DNA of 64,000 nucleotides, taken from assembly GCA_963775295.1 (NCBI GenBank), contig CAVZIK010000006.1, positions 1,887,602 through 1,951,601 on the forward strand, read 5' to 3'. Below, piece after piece: positions 28,001 to 37,338 of this stretch. Position 1 is the first letter of the stretch, and every line of letters starts with the position of its first letter. Made by a program: the position numbers and the translations under genes. The DNA is from an uncultured Actinomycetes bacterium. Lineage in GTDB: Bacteria > Actinomycetota > Thermoleophilia > RBG-16-64-13. The notes below the pieces were generated by a model, which was given only the letters and a program-made list of their open reading frames with translations, was not told where the DNA came from and did not search any database.

Positions 28001-28221
28001 GAGTCACGAAGACTGGGGTAAACGTCGATGAAGCGGAACAGTTGCGTCTTGAAGTGCGGGTCCTCAGCGGCGCGTGCGAGAACCCTGCGCTGTACGGCGC
28101 GGCCTCCAAAGATGGGTGAGAACGCATGGATACGTCCCTCGTCTGCCATCGCTGCGAAGAGCCGCTTGCCGATCTCCTGGATTCGAGGTTCAAGTTCGGC
28201 GGGCGCGGTCATGTCAATCAC
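25003..28221 (-). CDS. putA: Bifunctional proline dehydrogenase / L-glutamate-gamma-semialdehyde (P5C) dehydrogenase PutA, lacking a DNA-binding domain
   Basis: N-terminal PRODH barrel and a C-terminal aldehyde dehydrogenase domain (…FTGS…EMGGKNAII…), 1072 aa. It contains a Pro/Ala/Thr-rich low-complexity insert. Confidence 0.9.
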   Translation of the reverse strand: MIDMTAPAELEPRIQEIGKRLFAAMADEGRIHAFSPIFGGRAVQRRVLARAAEDPHFKTQLFRFIDVYPSLRDSGDLVRHLRAYLADRGELPRPLDRLVGPDGGRRLPSWAVARLTERTMQRMAKGLIAGRDAGEVFQELKRLRHQHTSFTLDILGEACLSEMEAQEYVRRYFDVLETLPPKTARWSPDPFLDEAPWGEIPRVNLSLKITSLYSQIDPVDFEGSRRAVVAVLKPLFIKAREQGVFVGLDLERFAYRDLTFAVFSDLALDPELASYPHLGITVQAYLRDSAHDVQSLVDLAGRRGTPITVRLVKGAYWDYETTAARQEHWPVPVFSRKAETDAQFELLAKILIENSELTRPALGTHNIRSIATALATAEATGLAPRSVELQMLHGMAEPIRKAAISQRYRVREYIPIGELIPGMAYLVRRLLENTSNESFLRLTFAQHLDPRQLLEPPTTDGSPDGLPAEEAAPAERLSTGAATPQRQGLRPFQNEPHTDFSHLENRTIMEKALATIRGSLGREYALVIDGANVQTETRINSVNPARPDEIVGSVATATEEHADKALAAARAAFPAWRDTPASDRADILFQAASLMRRRRFELAALEVVEAGKPWREADADVSEAIDFMDYYGREMIRHSTIRDLSDVPGEEDLYLYEPRGVAAVIAPWNFPLAIPTGMVSAALVSGNTVVFKPASATPVLGYALVSILHEAGVPGGALNFLPGAGGKIGDYLAADPRVDLIPFTGSLDVGLSIMRQAAVVGPGQRNIKRVIAEMGGKNAIIVDTDADLDAAVEGVLTSAFNYAGQKCSACSRVIVLESIHDQFVRRLTQAAASLIVGDPADPAVRVGPVIGESARDKILSYIGKGKLEAHLVLPVEGASADIRTSTLVEAIVADVAPAADVETDGPTPPSAAEAAAEQTAGDTPTPTADAPEAPRPAAGYFVMPHIFVDAEPESTIAQEEIFGPVLVVLRAQKFGQALEMALQVRYGLTGGLYSRNPTHIRRAVREYRVGNLYINRPVTGAMVGRQPFGGSRMSGVGSKAGGPDYLLQFMEPRTITENTIRRGFAPSPEDAA

Positions 28222-28336
28222 CCTCGCGTTTCATGGGGTTCTCTTGTTCCAGTACTAAAAAGTGAATTCGACGACGTGCTGATAATTCCGGCATAGAAAT
28301 GAGCGAAGACCTCAGCGGGGAGAGGAGTTCCAAGCG

Positions 28337-31300
28337 TCAAACCTGTCGCTGGTCGCCTCCGGTCTCGAGAGCGGAGCGCACCCGTTCCCTCAGCATGGCC
28401 AACGTGTAGGGCTTCTGGATGAAGCCGGCCGCGCCCTTCCCCGCGAAACGAGAAAGGATATCGTTCTCGGCATATCCGCTGGACATGAGTACGCGGACTT
28501 TGGGATCGATTTGCCGCATCTCCCGAAATGCCTCTTCGCCGCTCATCCTGGGCATGGTCAGATCGAGTATCACCAGCACGATCTCGTCTCGATGTAGTGC
28601 GTACATCTCAAGAGCCGCTCGACCATCCGCCGCGAGCAGAACCTGAAAGCCCAATCGCTCGAGCATGCGCTTTCCCAAGGCCCGGATCGTCTCTTCGTCG
28701 TCGGCGAGAAGAACGGTCCCTGCTCCACTCCAGTCTGCTTCGTCACTCTCGCCTGTCGCGGGCAGGTGACCGCCCCCGAACCCGACTGCCGGGAAGAGTG
28801 CCTTGAACGTCGTGCCCTTGCCCGGTTCGCTGTAGACTTTGAGCGCGCCCTTGTGTCCTCTCACGATACCGAGCACGGCCGCCAGTCCAAGTCCGCGGCC
28901 CGTGAACTTGGTGGTGAAGAACGGCTCGAATAGGCGGGCGAGGGTCTCCTTGTCCATGCCGATCCCCGTGTCGGAGACCTCCAGCGTGACAAACAGACCG
29001 GGACTCAAGCCTTCGCAGAAGTAAGTCGCGTCGAGGTACGCGCCCGTGCACTCCTGGGCCCCAACCGAGATTGTGATCACGCCGCTACGCTCGCCGATCG
29101 CCTCCGCGGCGTTGATGACGAGGTTCATGATCACTTGGCTGATCTGGGTCACATCGCCTCTGATCGTGGGGAGGTTCTTGCCGATGTTCAAATTGAGAAG
29201 CACCTTCTTGGGGATGGCGCTACTCAACAGGTTGAGCATGTCTTCGATGAGTCGGGAGAGATCGATATCCTCGATGATGAACTGGCCGTGTCCGGAGTAG
29301 GCGAGCATCTGCCTACACAATTCCGAGGCTCTCCGGGACGCTTTTACAATCTCCTGCACACCCTGGCGTCCCGGGGACGATAGCGGCAAGTCCTGCAAGG
29401 TGAGATCGGCGTGACCGAGGACGGCAGTAAGGATATTGTTGAAATCGTGGGCTATCCCTCCGGCCAACACCCCCAGGCTTTCCAGCCGCTGGCTGTGCTG
29501 CAGTTGTTGTTCCAGCTTGAGCCGTTCCTCCTCGGCCCGTCTTCTGTCGGTGACGTCCGTGCACACCCCGACCCACTCCGCTACTTCGCCGTCGGACCCG
29601 TAAGAGGGCGCGCCACGGATCCAGAAGTCCCGATACTGTCCGTCGGCGCGGCGCATCCGGCACTCTGTCTCGAAGCGGGTGTGGTTTGCAAGGGCGTGAG
29701 CCCAAACTGCCGCGACCTGATCCAGGTCCTCGGGGTGTACCGCCGCTAACAGTCCTTCCTCCTGAAGGCTCTCGAAAGTCAGGCCGGCGTAATCTTGAAG
29801 AGTTGAAAGCGACTCTACGATCTCTCCCGCTGGTCCGGTGACCCACACGATTTGTGCGACCGCCTCTACCATTGCTCGGTACCGCTCCTTGCTTGCAAGA
29901 ACGTCACTTTCGGCCTTTTTGCGGACCGTGTTGTCCCTAATAATGGCCTGAACGTAGGGTTTACCCTCTATCTCGAACGAACGGTCGCTGACTTCGACCG
30001 GGAACAGGGATCCGTCCTTCCGCCGCCCAATGATCTGGTGGATCGAGGAGCCGGAAAGATCGACCTCGCGCATCCGCTCATCGAAGTGGCCGCCCTCCTC
30101 CCGGGGGACCAGATCCTTCAGGAGGAGACCGAGGAACTCGGCGCGTGAGTAGCCGTACGTCTCGATCGCCCGGTCGTTGAGCTCCACGATACGACCGTCT
30201 TCGTCCGCAAGGATTATCGCGTCGTTGGCCTCCTTCACCAGATGCTCGAAACGCGTCAGCAGTTCGTGGTGCGCACGTTCGGCTCGATGAGCGGCGATGT
30301 ACCGATGCTTCAGACCTACCTGCCACATGAGAGTGGCGCCTACGAGTAGAGCGAGGAGCAACACTCCTATCAGTCCCCCGAGCAGCCCGAGGCGCACTCG
30401 AGCCGGGCCGAAGGCCTCTGAAGTATCGATCTTTGCCACTATGAACCAGGAGGAGCTTGGGATCGGCGCGAGAGCGGCCAGTACTTCCACCCCTCGGTAG
30501 TCTTTGCCTATCGCGATGCCCTGCCGCCCCAAGACGGCCATAGTTGCCGGCAGTTTAGTGTTGCTCAGTGGCTCCCTCAACTTGAGCGCCGTACCGCTCT
30601 CATGGCGCAACTCATTGAGGAAAAGCACGGAGTCGCCATCCCTGCGCACCAACAGGGTTTCGGCGCTTCCGCTCGGCACAGGCCATGAACTGATCAGTGG
30701 GTAAAGGAACTGGTCGGCATCGGCGATGAGAACTACAAAGACTGTGGCTTCGCTCGACGCTGCTCCCGCAGACACCACCGGCGCGATCGCGCTCAGATGG
30801 ATTGCGGGATGGTCCGGATCGCTGTGGAGGTCCGTGAGGACAGACGTGTGCTCCTGCTTCGCCGTCTTGATCGAGCCCAAGGTCTCCGTCTCCGGAGCAC
30901 CCGGAGACTGGGCTGTGCTGAGGAGAACAGTTCCACTCTCGTCCACCAGTTGGGCTTCGGAATAGTTGTAGAGATCAGCCTGATTCGCGAGCGTCGCGAC
31001 GATAACTGCAGCGCCCGACGCCTGTTTCGTGGTCATCCACGCGGCGACGGCCTCGCCGAAGGTCGGGTTCCCGCCCAAATCGGCAGCGTTGGCCAGACGC
31101 TCCGCGCGCCAAGCCACGATCTCGCTTACCTTCAGCTGACTGATGGAAAGGAGGTCGTCCTCGACGTCTTTGCGGATGTCCCGGTTCTGACTGACGAGGA
31201 GCCAGACTCCTCCGGCAATAATGGCGATCGACACCAGACCGACGAAGATCAGCAACCAGAAGGGAAATCTAGGCTCGTCTTTGGCTCTATGCAGGGTCCC

Positions 31301-31432
31301 ACCCCCAGCGGTCGAGCCGCGCCAAAATCGCGCGGCTTTGCTCGCCTCTCCAGTTTGAGGCCGTGGCGGGAAGACTGTCAAGGACGGGCCCGGCCCACAC
31401 GTTGTCGACGATGCCGTGGGCGATGCCTCCAT
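28337..31432 (-). CDS. Hybrid sensor histidine kinase (TM - periplasmic sensor domain - TM - PAS x2-3 - HisKA - HATPase - REC)
   Basis: H-box SLGVLAGGIAHDFNN. HATPase motifs G1/G2 (DTGIGMD…GRGLGLA). C-terminal receiver (VLLADDEETIRAL…ILDLTMPRMSG). The 5' end is uncertain because the ORF-track start at 31600 overlaps the next gene. Confidence 0.8.
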   Translation of the reverse strand: MEASPTASSTTCGPGPSLTVFPPRPQTGEASKAARFWRGSTAGGGTLHRAKDEPRFPFWLLIFVGLVSIAIIAGGVWLLVSQNRDIRKDVEDDLLSISQLKVSEIVAWRAERLANAADLGGNPTFGEAVAAWMTTKQASGAAVIVATLANQADLYNYSEAQLVDESGTVLLSTAQSPGAPETETLGSIKTAKQEHTSVLTDLHSDPDHPAIHLSAIAPVVSAGAASSEATVFVVLIADADQFLYPLISSWPVPSGSAETLLVRRDGDSVLFLNELRHESGTALKLREPLSNTKLPATMAVLGRQGIAIGKDYRGVEVLAALAPIPSSSWFIVAKIDTSEAFGPARVRLGLLGGLIGVLLLALLVGATLMWQVGLKHRYIAAHRAERAHHELLTRFEHLVKEANDAIILADEDGRIVELNDRAIETYGYSRAEFLGLLLKDLVPREEGGHFDERMREVDLSGSSIHQIIGRRKDGSLFPVEVSDRSFEIEGKPYVQAIIRDNTVRKKAESDVLASKERYRAMVEAVAQIVWVTGPAGEIVESLSTLQDYAGLTFESLQEEGLLAAVHPEDLDQVAAVWAHALANHTRFETECRMRRADGQYRDFWIRGAPSYGSDGEVAEWVGVCTDVTDRRRAEEERLKLEQQLQHSQRLESLGVLAGGIAHDFNNILTAVLGHADLTLQDLPLSSPGRQGVQEIVKASRRASELCRQMLAYSGHGQFIIEDIDLSRLIEDMLNLLSSAIPKKVLLNLNIGKNLPTIRGDVTQISQVIMNLVINAAEAIGERSGVITISVGAQECTGAYLDATYFCEGLSPGLFVTLEVSDTGIGMDKETLARLFEPFFTTKFTGRGLGLAAVLGIVRGHKGALKVYSEPGKGTTFKALFPAVGFGGGHLPATGESDEADWSGAGTVLLADDEETIRALGKRMLERLGFQVLLAADGRAALEMYALHRDEIVLVILDLTMPRMSGEEAFREMRQIDPKVRVLMSSGYAENDILSRFAGKGAAGFIQKPYTLAMLRERVRSALETGGDQRQV

Positions 31433-31565
31433 TGGCGGTACGGACTTGGCATGGGCTACGAGCGCCGCTCTCGAGGCTCGTAGGTGGTCGAGGAACAGCG
31501 AAGGCCGAGATTCGGCGAATGGGAGGGTATAGTCTTGCTGTTGGCGCCGTCGGACTGAGAGGGGC

Positions 31566-32273
31566 GTGATGGAGAAGCTCGATCTAAAGAAGCAGCTCAA
31601 ACACCTCTACCTGCCTTCGGTAAAGGAAGTCTCTCTCGTCGACGTCCCCGAGATGAAGTTCATCGCCCTTGAAGGACAGATCGAAAGCGGAGCAATGCCG
31701 GGTACCTCGCCCGGTTTCGCGCGCGCTGTGGGCGCGTTGTACGGGTTGGCCTACACGCTCAAGTTTGCGTCGAAGCTTCGCGCGGACGATCCCATCGACT
31801 ACACAGTCATGCCGTTGGAAGGGCTTTGGACGACGCCGGACGGCGGGGCAGATTACGCCGATTCTTTGGGCTGGATGTGGACTCTATTGATCATGCAGCC
31901 CGATCATATCGATCGGGAGATGTTCGACCAGGCGCTCGCGAGACTTGGGGAGAAGAGAGAGAAGGAAGCGCGTAAGGCCGTCAGGACGGGGGACGGGAGC
32001 CCTGAGGTCGACGGCGGTGACCCCGAGCCCTATCTCGCCTGTCTGGGAAAGGTCCGTCTGGAGAGTCTCCATGAGGGTCTTTGCGTCCAGGCGATGCACG
32101 TTGGGCCCTATGCGGACGAGCCAGTCACTCTGGCCAAGATGTCCGCTTTCGTCGAGCAGAACGGGTACGTGTTCCACGGCCAGCATCACGAGATCTATCT
32201 GGACGACCCGCGCACGACGAAGCCGGAAAATCTCAAGACGGTTCTCAGACATCCAGTGCGCCCCGCATCGTGA
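31566..32273 (+). CDS. GyrI-like small-molecule-binding domain protein
   Basis: The 235-aa translation matches the GyrI-like/AraC-effector-binding fold pattern (…FIALEGQ…PLEGLWTT…QAMHVGPY…). Confidence 0.65.
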   Translation: MMEKLDLKKQLKHLYLPSVKEVSLVDVPEMKFIALEGQIESGAMPGTSPGFARAVGALYGLAYTLKFASKLRADDPIDYTVMPLEGLWTTPDGGADYADSLGWMWTLLIMQPDHIDREMFDQALARLGEKREKEARKAVRTGDGSPEVDGGDPEPYLACLGKVRLESLHEGLCVQAMHVGPYADEPVTLAKMSAFVEQNGYVFHGQHHEIYLDDPRTTKPENLKTVLRHPVRPAS

Positions 32274-32293
32274 CCGGCCGCTCGACGCGAACG

Positions 32294-33127
32294 ATGGAGG
32301 AGGGCTACGAAGCGGGAAGGATCCCCCGGATGCGGGTGTGGCTTGTCGCCTCCGCGGGAGTCGTTCTTCTGGGCGTCTTCATGTTCATAGCCTACGAGGC
32401 CCGCGCGGGTACGTTTGTCGCCCGATGGGACGTTCACGTGGCCGACGCGCTCGTGGCTTTCCGTAGCGGCGCATGGAACCGGGTTTTTTGGGGCGCCACT
32501 CTGCTGGGAAACGCCTCTTTCATGACCGCCTACCTGATCGCCGGGGTCATACTCTTTCTGGCCTGGGGGAGGTGGAGGGCGGCGGTCCTGCTCGCCGCGG
32601 GCACCGGGCTCGCTCAGGCGGTCTCCGCCGTGGCTAAGGCCGTCATACACAGGCAGCGGCCGCCCGTCTCGGTCGCCCTGATCCAACAGCCGACATCCCA
32701 CAGTATGCCTTCCGGACACGCCTTCATGACCCTGGTGGTGGCGGGCCTGCTTATCTACCTGCTATTGCGTCCGCCGGCCGCGGACCGGCGGGCGAGCCAG
32801 GGACTACCGGCCGACCGCCGGCGACGCCGGCGAGCAGCTTGGGTTGGCGGGGTGGTCGCGGCCTCGGTGTTGCTCTTACTGGTCGGAGCTTCGCGGGTCT
32901 ACCTGGGAGTCCACTGGGCTTCAGACGTATTCGCCGGGTGGTGTCTAGGCGGTTTTTGGCTGATATTGGTCCTGGGTTCAGTGCGTCTATTGCGGTGGGA
33001 CGATCCGCTGTTGGTCCGCGGTTATCCCTGGCTAAAGAGTCGCTGGCGGATCGGTCTGGTATTCCTGTTGGTGACGACCGGAGCAGTCGTCTTGCTGCTG
33101 ACGGCGAGGGCCGAGCCGCTGCTGTGA
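32294..33127 (+). CDS. PAP2-family (type 2 phosphatidic acid phosphatase) membrane phosphatase
   Basis: PAP2 motifs KxxxxxxRP (KAVIHRQRP), PSGH and SRxxxxxHxxxD ([12 protein letters not shown]). A terminator-like hairpin follows at 33128-33152. Confidence 0.8.
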   Translation: MEEGYEAGRIPRMRVWLVASAGVVLLGVFMFIAYEARAGTFVARWDVHVADALVAFRSGAWNRVFWGATLLGNASFMTAYLIAGVILFLAWGRWRAAVLLAAGTGLAQAVSAVAKAVIHRQRPPVSVALIQQPTSHSMPSGHAFMTLVVAGLLIYLLLRPPAADRRASQGLPADRRRRRRAAWVGGVVAASVLLLLVGASRVYLGVHWASDVFAGWCLGGFWLILVLGSVRLLRWDDPLLVRGYPWLKSRWRIGLVFLLVTTGAVVLLLTARAEPLL

Positions 33128-33281
33128 TCGGCCGAATGTAGTTTCCGGCCGACTGTCCTCATGGCGATGTCTTTCAGAGACGGACAAGGGTCGAGTTTCG
33201 CTGGGCCGGGTGACACTTCCGAGTGGGCTTTTACGTACGTTTTACCCCCGATGATGTATCCTTGCGAACGTAAGGAGGGTC

Positions 33282-34319
33282 GTGCCGCAAATAATCTTTC
33301 GGCCCCCGATACGGGCCGACAAACATATGAAGTCGGATTCACCCACCGGTGCCAGCAACATGGCAGCAGCTACCGTCAAACGCCGTTGGCCCATATGGTC
33401 GGCAAGGTTGATTTTGTATGCGGGAGTGGCGTCGTTGATCCCGCTCTTGCGGATGCAACTCAGCCATCCCGAAGGCCGCGAGACTTTTATCATGTCAGCC
33501 TTGGCTGTGGTGTTGCTACTCACTCTCTTCCTCATGTGGGCGCACAACCTCGTGGGCAGGTTGGACCGTATCCCGCGGACACGGACCGTCCGGCGGATCG
33601 CTACTTTTGGGGCATCCTGCGTCGCGGTAGGCATGTTTCTGCACGGCGCCCAAGCGGATGCGGCGAGTGCGCGGACCAAGGCGGCCGCTCTGCCCAAGAC
33701 GCTGTGGCCTCTCAAACATGGTTTAGGGAGTCTGGCCATCCACCACGAACATGTGGGCCTGCTCCCTCGGTTTTCAGCCAAACTCGACGGCGCATCCATG
33801 GCCCCGGTGAGCCTCGTCTTTCTTGGAAGCGGCACCGAACTTCTCGATACCTTCGCCGCGGCAGGCTGGAACGTGGCAGATCGGGTAACTATCGAGACCG
33901 CGCTTCGGGCGTTCGCGCGCGGGGTTCTCAACCGACCCTACCCGTGCGCCCCGGTCTTTCCGGTCTTCCTCGACGGTAAGTTGCACGACGTGGCTTTCCA
34001 GAAACACGACGAAGGCGACAGTTCCCGCCGTCGTCACCACGCGCGCTGGTGGCTGACCGACTTCGTCATTGAAGGCAAACAGGTCTGGGTCGCCACCGCT
34101 TCCTTTGACGCGGGGGTAGGCATCAGCCGTTTGGTTCCCATTCCCATCCACCACATCCACCCGGATATCGATGCCGAGCGCGACTACATCGTCGACTCGC
34201 TCGTTTGTACGCACAGGGTTGAGATGACGCAGATCATCCAGGTCACCGAGCCGATGATGGGCCGCAACGCCGCCGGAGACCGTTTCTTCACCTCCGGCAC
34301 CGCCTGCGTCCTGGCATAG
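33282..34319 (+). CDS. Membrane-anchored hypothetical protein, possibly LssY-C-terminus-like (a family commonly paired with or fused to PAP2)
   Basis: Two N-terminal TM helices and a ~200-aa soluble domain. It lies immediately downstream of the PAP2 gene. The family assignment is from memory only. Confidence 0.4.
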   Translation: MPQIIFRPPIRADKHMKSDSPTGASNMAAATVKRRWPIWSARLILYAGVASLIPLLRMQLSHPEGRETFIMSALAVVLLLTLFLMWAHNLVGRLDRIPRTRTVRRIATFGASCVAVGMFLHGAQADAASARTKAAALPKTLWPLKHGLGSLAIHHEHVGLLPRFSAKLDGASMAPVSLVFLGSGTELLDTFAAAGWNVADRVTIETALRAFARGVLNRPYPCAPVFPVFLDGKLHDVAFQKHDEGDSSRRRHHARWWLTDFVIEGKQVWVATASFDAGVGISRLVPIPIHHIHPDIDAERDYIVDSLVCTHRVEMTQIIQVTEPMMGRNAAGDRFFTSGTACVLA

Positions 34320-34416
34320 CCACTTTGTCCGGCGCCCCCGCCGGCGCCGTTGCGCATGCTCTACAATTTGAACCTTCCGGGTTGGGCAGTGCTGGGTTCG
34401 CGAGAAGGGGGCCGCA

Positions 34417-35295
34417 ATGAGTTGGAGTCCATTCCACCGAGGTCGAGGGATCGCGTCCGCGGCCGCCGGGATGCTTGCGCTCGTCTTGTTGGGCGTGCTT
34501 TTCACCGCTGGGTGCGGAATCAACGTCGGGCCCACACAGGAACTCACCATTGACGAACCGCTCTCGGGGACGGCAGTCACCCATGTCACTCTGACCATGG
34601 GGGCGGGTAAGTTGTCCTTAGGCGAAGGTGCGCCCGGGCTGATATCGGGGACGGTTCGCTACAACGTCGAGTCTTGGAAGCCAACGGTGACCAGAGCCGA
34701 CGGCTCGCTCACCGTGAAGCAGGGAAACCAGAAGGGCATTTCAGGCCTCGGGACCGACATAGTCAACGATTGGTCGCTGAAGCTGGGCAAAGGGCCTGTG
34801 AGGTTGATAGTAAACGCTGGTGCCTACGAGGGTACTTACGAACTGGGCGGGTTGAACCTGCAGGCTCTCGCCATCAAGGATGGGGCCGCGAAGACTCAGG
34901 TGCTGTTCAATTCGCCCAACTCGGGCAATATGGACACCTTCACCTACGAAACCGGCGCGTCGAAGGTCGCCATGACGGGTCTGGCCAACGCGAACTTCAC
35001 GAGCATGGACTTCAAAGGCGGGGCGGGGTCGTATACGTTCGACTTCTCCGGTGATCTTCGGACCGACGCGAACGTTAGCATCAGGGCGGGTGTGGGCACG
35101 GTACAGGTGATTGTGCCCAAAGAGACCGCAGCCAGAGTGACCGTGGGCGGCTCTCTCACCGATGTTTCCGTGGATGGCAATTGGACTACCAGCGGCAAGA
35201 CTCACGAGACCCCCGCCACGGCTGCGGCGTTGGGCAAGCAACTAACGATAACTGTTAACATGAGCGTGGGGACGCTGAAGCTCATCACTCAGTGA
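34417..35295 (+). CDS. Lipoprotein with a beta-rich repeat domain (DUF4097/[13 protein letters not shown])
   Basis: Lipobox (LFTAGCG). Repetitive G/T/V-rich beta-strand pattern. Confidence 0.5.
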   Translation: MSWSPFHRGRGIASAAAGMLALVLLGVLFTAGCGINVGPTQELTIDEPLSGTAVTHVTLTMGAGKLSLGEGAPGLISGTVRYNVESWKPTVTRADGSLTVKQGNQKGISGLGTDIVNDWSLKLGKGPVRLIVNAGAYEGTYELGGLNLQALAIKDGAAKTQVLFNSPNSGNMDTFTYETGASKVAMTGLANANFTSMDFKGGAGSYTFDFSGDLRTDANVSIRAGVGTVQVIVPKETAARVTVGGSLTDVSVDGNWTTSGKTHETPATAAALGKQLTITVNMSVGTLKLITQ

Positions 35296-35376
35296 AGCCG
35301 CGCCGCCGCTCGCGAGTGGGCATGCTTCTTTTGTAACCGCTCGACGAGTTTCGACAGCGCGGCCGTCTCCCATGCT

Positions 35377-35832
35377 CTACTCGATGTTCAGGGTGGCGCT
35401 GAAGGTTTGAGCGGGCTGGGCGCTCTCCCAGGGCCGTGCGTAGGCTAGTTTGAGCGTGGCCTGACCCTCAGCGAGCGCTTTGAACGTGAAGGTGTAGACA
35501 CCGCCCGACCCCACTACGCCGTCGTCGGTGCTGTCAGGAGCATACGCGGCTTCCCCGACCTGTTGAATGAGAGCCGCATCCTTGTCGACCAGTACCGCTA
35601 CCCACTCGTAGCCCGTTGTTGGATTGCCTGGAATCACAACCTGAATGATGTCGCTCGCCGCAACGGCGAACGTCTTGCCGTCGTCCGCCTGCGTAAGCTT
35701 GAGTGTGCCCTTGGCGGCATCCGCGGACGTACCGCACCCGGCGGCAGCCGCCACTACGATGGCCAAAAGAATTACCGCCGCCACAGCCGTTGCGTACCAA
35801 GTCCTGCTGCCCATTGTCGTCACCCCCGACAT
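35377..35832 (-). CDS. Chagasin-family (I42) cysteine-protease inhibitor, lipoprotein
   Basis: The conserved NPTTGYEW motif and surrounding beta-sandwich pattern. Lipobox AAAGCG. The ORF track extends to 35976. The internal ATG at 35832 is preferred. Confidence 0.7.
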   Translation of the reverse strand: MSGVTTMGSRTWYATAVAAVILLAIVVAAAAGCGTSADAAKGTLKLTQADDGKTFAVAASDIIQVVIPGNPTTGYEWVAVLVDKDAALIQQVGEAAYAPDSTDDGVVGSGGVYTFTFKALAEGQATLKLAYARPWESAQPAQTFSATLNIE

Positions 35833-36020
35833 GTCGCTTTGCCATGCCGCTGAGACGTCCCGCTCTGCTTGGCGAGTTCCAGACGTTTGTAGGGGACTCA
35901 CGTGTGCTCCTCCGCCTCCGAAAATACCTATCGAAATGTTTATCCCCCAGGGAATCGGACAAGCGGCGAAACCCAAGAAAGCCGAGGAACGAAAGCGAGG
36001 ATTAGAAGGAACTCATGCAC

Positions 36021-37196
36021 CTAGATGGGCGGGGCTCCGTCGTCCGGGGCGGGTCTCTGAGTCAAGGAGGTTCGCGCCGCCGCTAACCTGAAGGCTCGGC
36101 GTCGTCGCCAGATGGTGAAGGCCAGCAGTAGTACGATCGCGATCGTGGCGCTGGCTATCTTGAGTGCTGACATCCCCTGAACGACGGCCATGGCGACCAA
36201 GTTTGTAGCCAGAGTCACTCCCCATAGGATCAAGGTGGTGCGGGTCTGGGACAGGCCGCGGGCCAGGAGACGGTGGTGAAGGTGATCGTTGCCGGGGGAA
36301 GACAGCGGATTCTTGCGTCTCAGCAGGCGGCGAAGGACTACCTGAAGAGTGTCTATCAACGGCAGAAGCAGGAAGAGGACAGTAGGAAACAGTCCGAAGA
36401 TCGTCGTGATGTTCCCGCCGCCCAAAATACTGGACGCAGCCAGGACGAAACCGAAGAAGTACGCGCCGCTGTCACCCATGATGATACGTGAGGGGGGGAA
36501 GTTGTGACGAAGAAAGCCCAGGGCGGCGCCGGCTAGGGCCGCCAGCACCAGGGTTGCCGCCGCGCGGGGGGCGGATTGCGCGGCGACGGCCAGGAGACTC
36601 ATGCTGGTGATGAAGCTGACGCCCCCTGCCAGCCCGTCTACTCCGTCAATAAGGTTGACCGCATTGGTGATGCCGACGATCCAGACCAACGTCACCAGCA
36701 CGGAAGCGGCACTAGACCATATGCTGCCCGGGTCTGCTGCAGTTCCTCCGAAGATGATCTCGATGCGGATTCCCGAACTCACTAGGAGCAGGGCGGCGAC
36801 GAGTTGGACGAGTAGCCGAAATACAGGGGGGAGACCGAACTGGTCGTCGATGAAGCCGGCAATGATCATGAACGAGCCGCCCAGAAGGATCGCGAGAACC
36901 TGCACTTGGACGCCTTCAATGTCGATGGAGCGGAAAATAGTGGTGAGCACGAGGGCTACGATCACCGAGCCGAAGATCACCAGCCCGCCTGCGTTGGGAA
37001 GAGGTTCTTTGTTAAGTCTGCGACCGTTGGGCTCATCGGCCCAGCCCATCTGAAGCGAGAACAATCTGGCTCGAGGCATGAAACGCCACGCAACCACGGC
37101 GGCGATAATGAAGGTGGCAACCACCGTCACCCACCCCAGCCTGCCGGGCTCAGCAATGCCGAGTGCTTTGAAGAAGTGAACTATGGGATCAAGCAC
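36021..37196 (-). CDS. Polyprenyl-phosphate N-acetylhexosamine-1-phosphate transferase (MraY/WecA family, GT4)
   Basis: DDxxGL (FIDDQFGL), NAVNLIDGVDGLAGG and IMGDSGAYFFG motifs. ~10 TM segments. Confidence 0.85.
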   Translation of the reverse strand: MLDPIVHFFKALGIAEPGRLGWVTVVATFIIAAVVAWRFMPRARLFSLQMGWADEPNGRRLNKEPLPNAGGLVIFGSVIVALVLTTIFRSIDIEGVQVQVLAILLGGSFMIIAGFIDDQFGLPPVFRLLVQLVAALLLVSSGIRIEIIFGGTAADPGSIWSSAASVLVTLVWIVGITNAVNLIDGVDGLAGGVSFITSMSLLAVAAQSAPRAAATLVLAALAGAALGFLRHNFPPSRIIMGDSGAYFFGFVLAASSILGGGNITTIFGLFPTVLFLLLPLIDTLQVVLRRLLRRKNPLSSPGNDHLHHRLLARGLSQTRTTLILWGVTLATNLVAMAVVQGMSALKIASATIAIVLLLAFTIWRRRRAFRLAAARTSLTQRPAPDDGAPPI

Positions 37197-37338
37197 ATAA
37201 TAATTGTAACCCGACCGGGCGACGGGAACCTAACCGGGCGGCGTCGGTTCTCGTCACAGAGGCCGATGCGGTAAAGTCTAGGCTGAAAGAACAGGCAGGC
37301 ATCGGCCCGATGGGCCTCATAGATCGGACGCATACGGT

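Noticed and set aside
31433-31600. N-terminal 56 codons of the histidine-kinase ORF as given by the ORF track
   Set aside because: They overlap the start of the convergently annotated GyrI-like gene and lack a membrane or signal feature. An internal start near the first TM segment is more plausible, for example ATG 31432. The exact start is unresolved.
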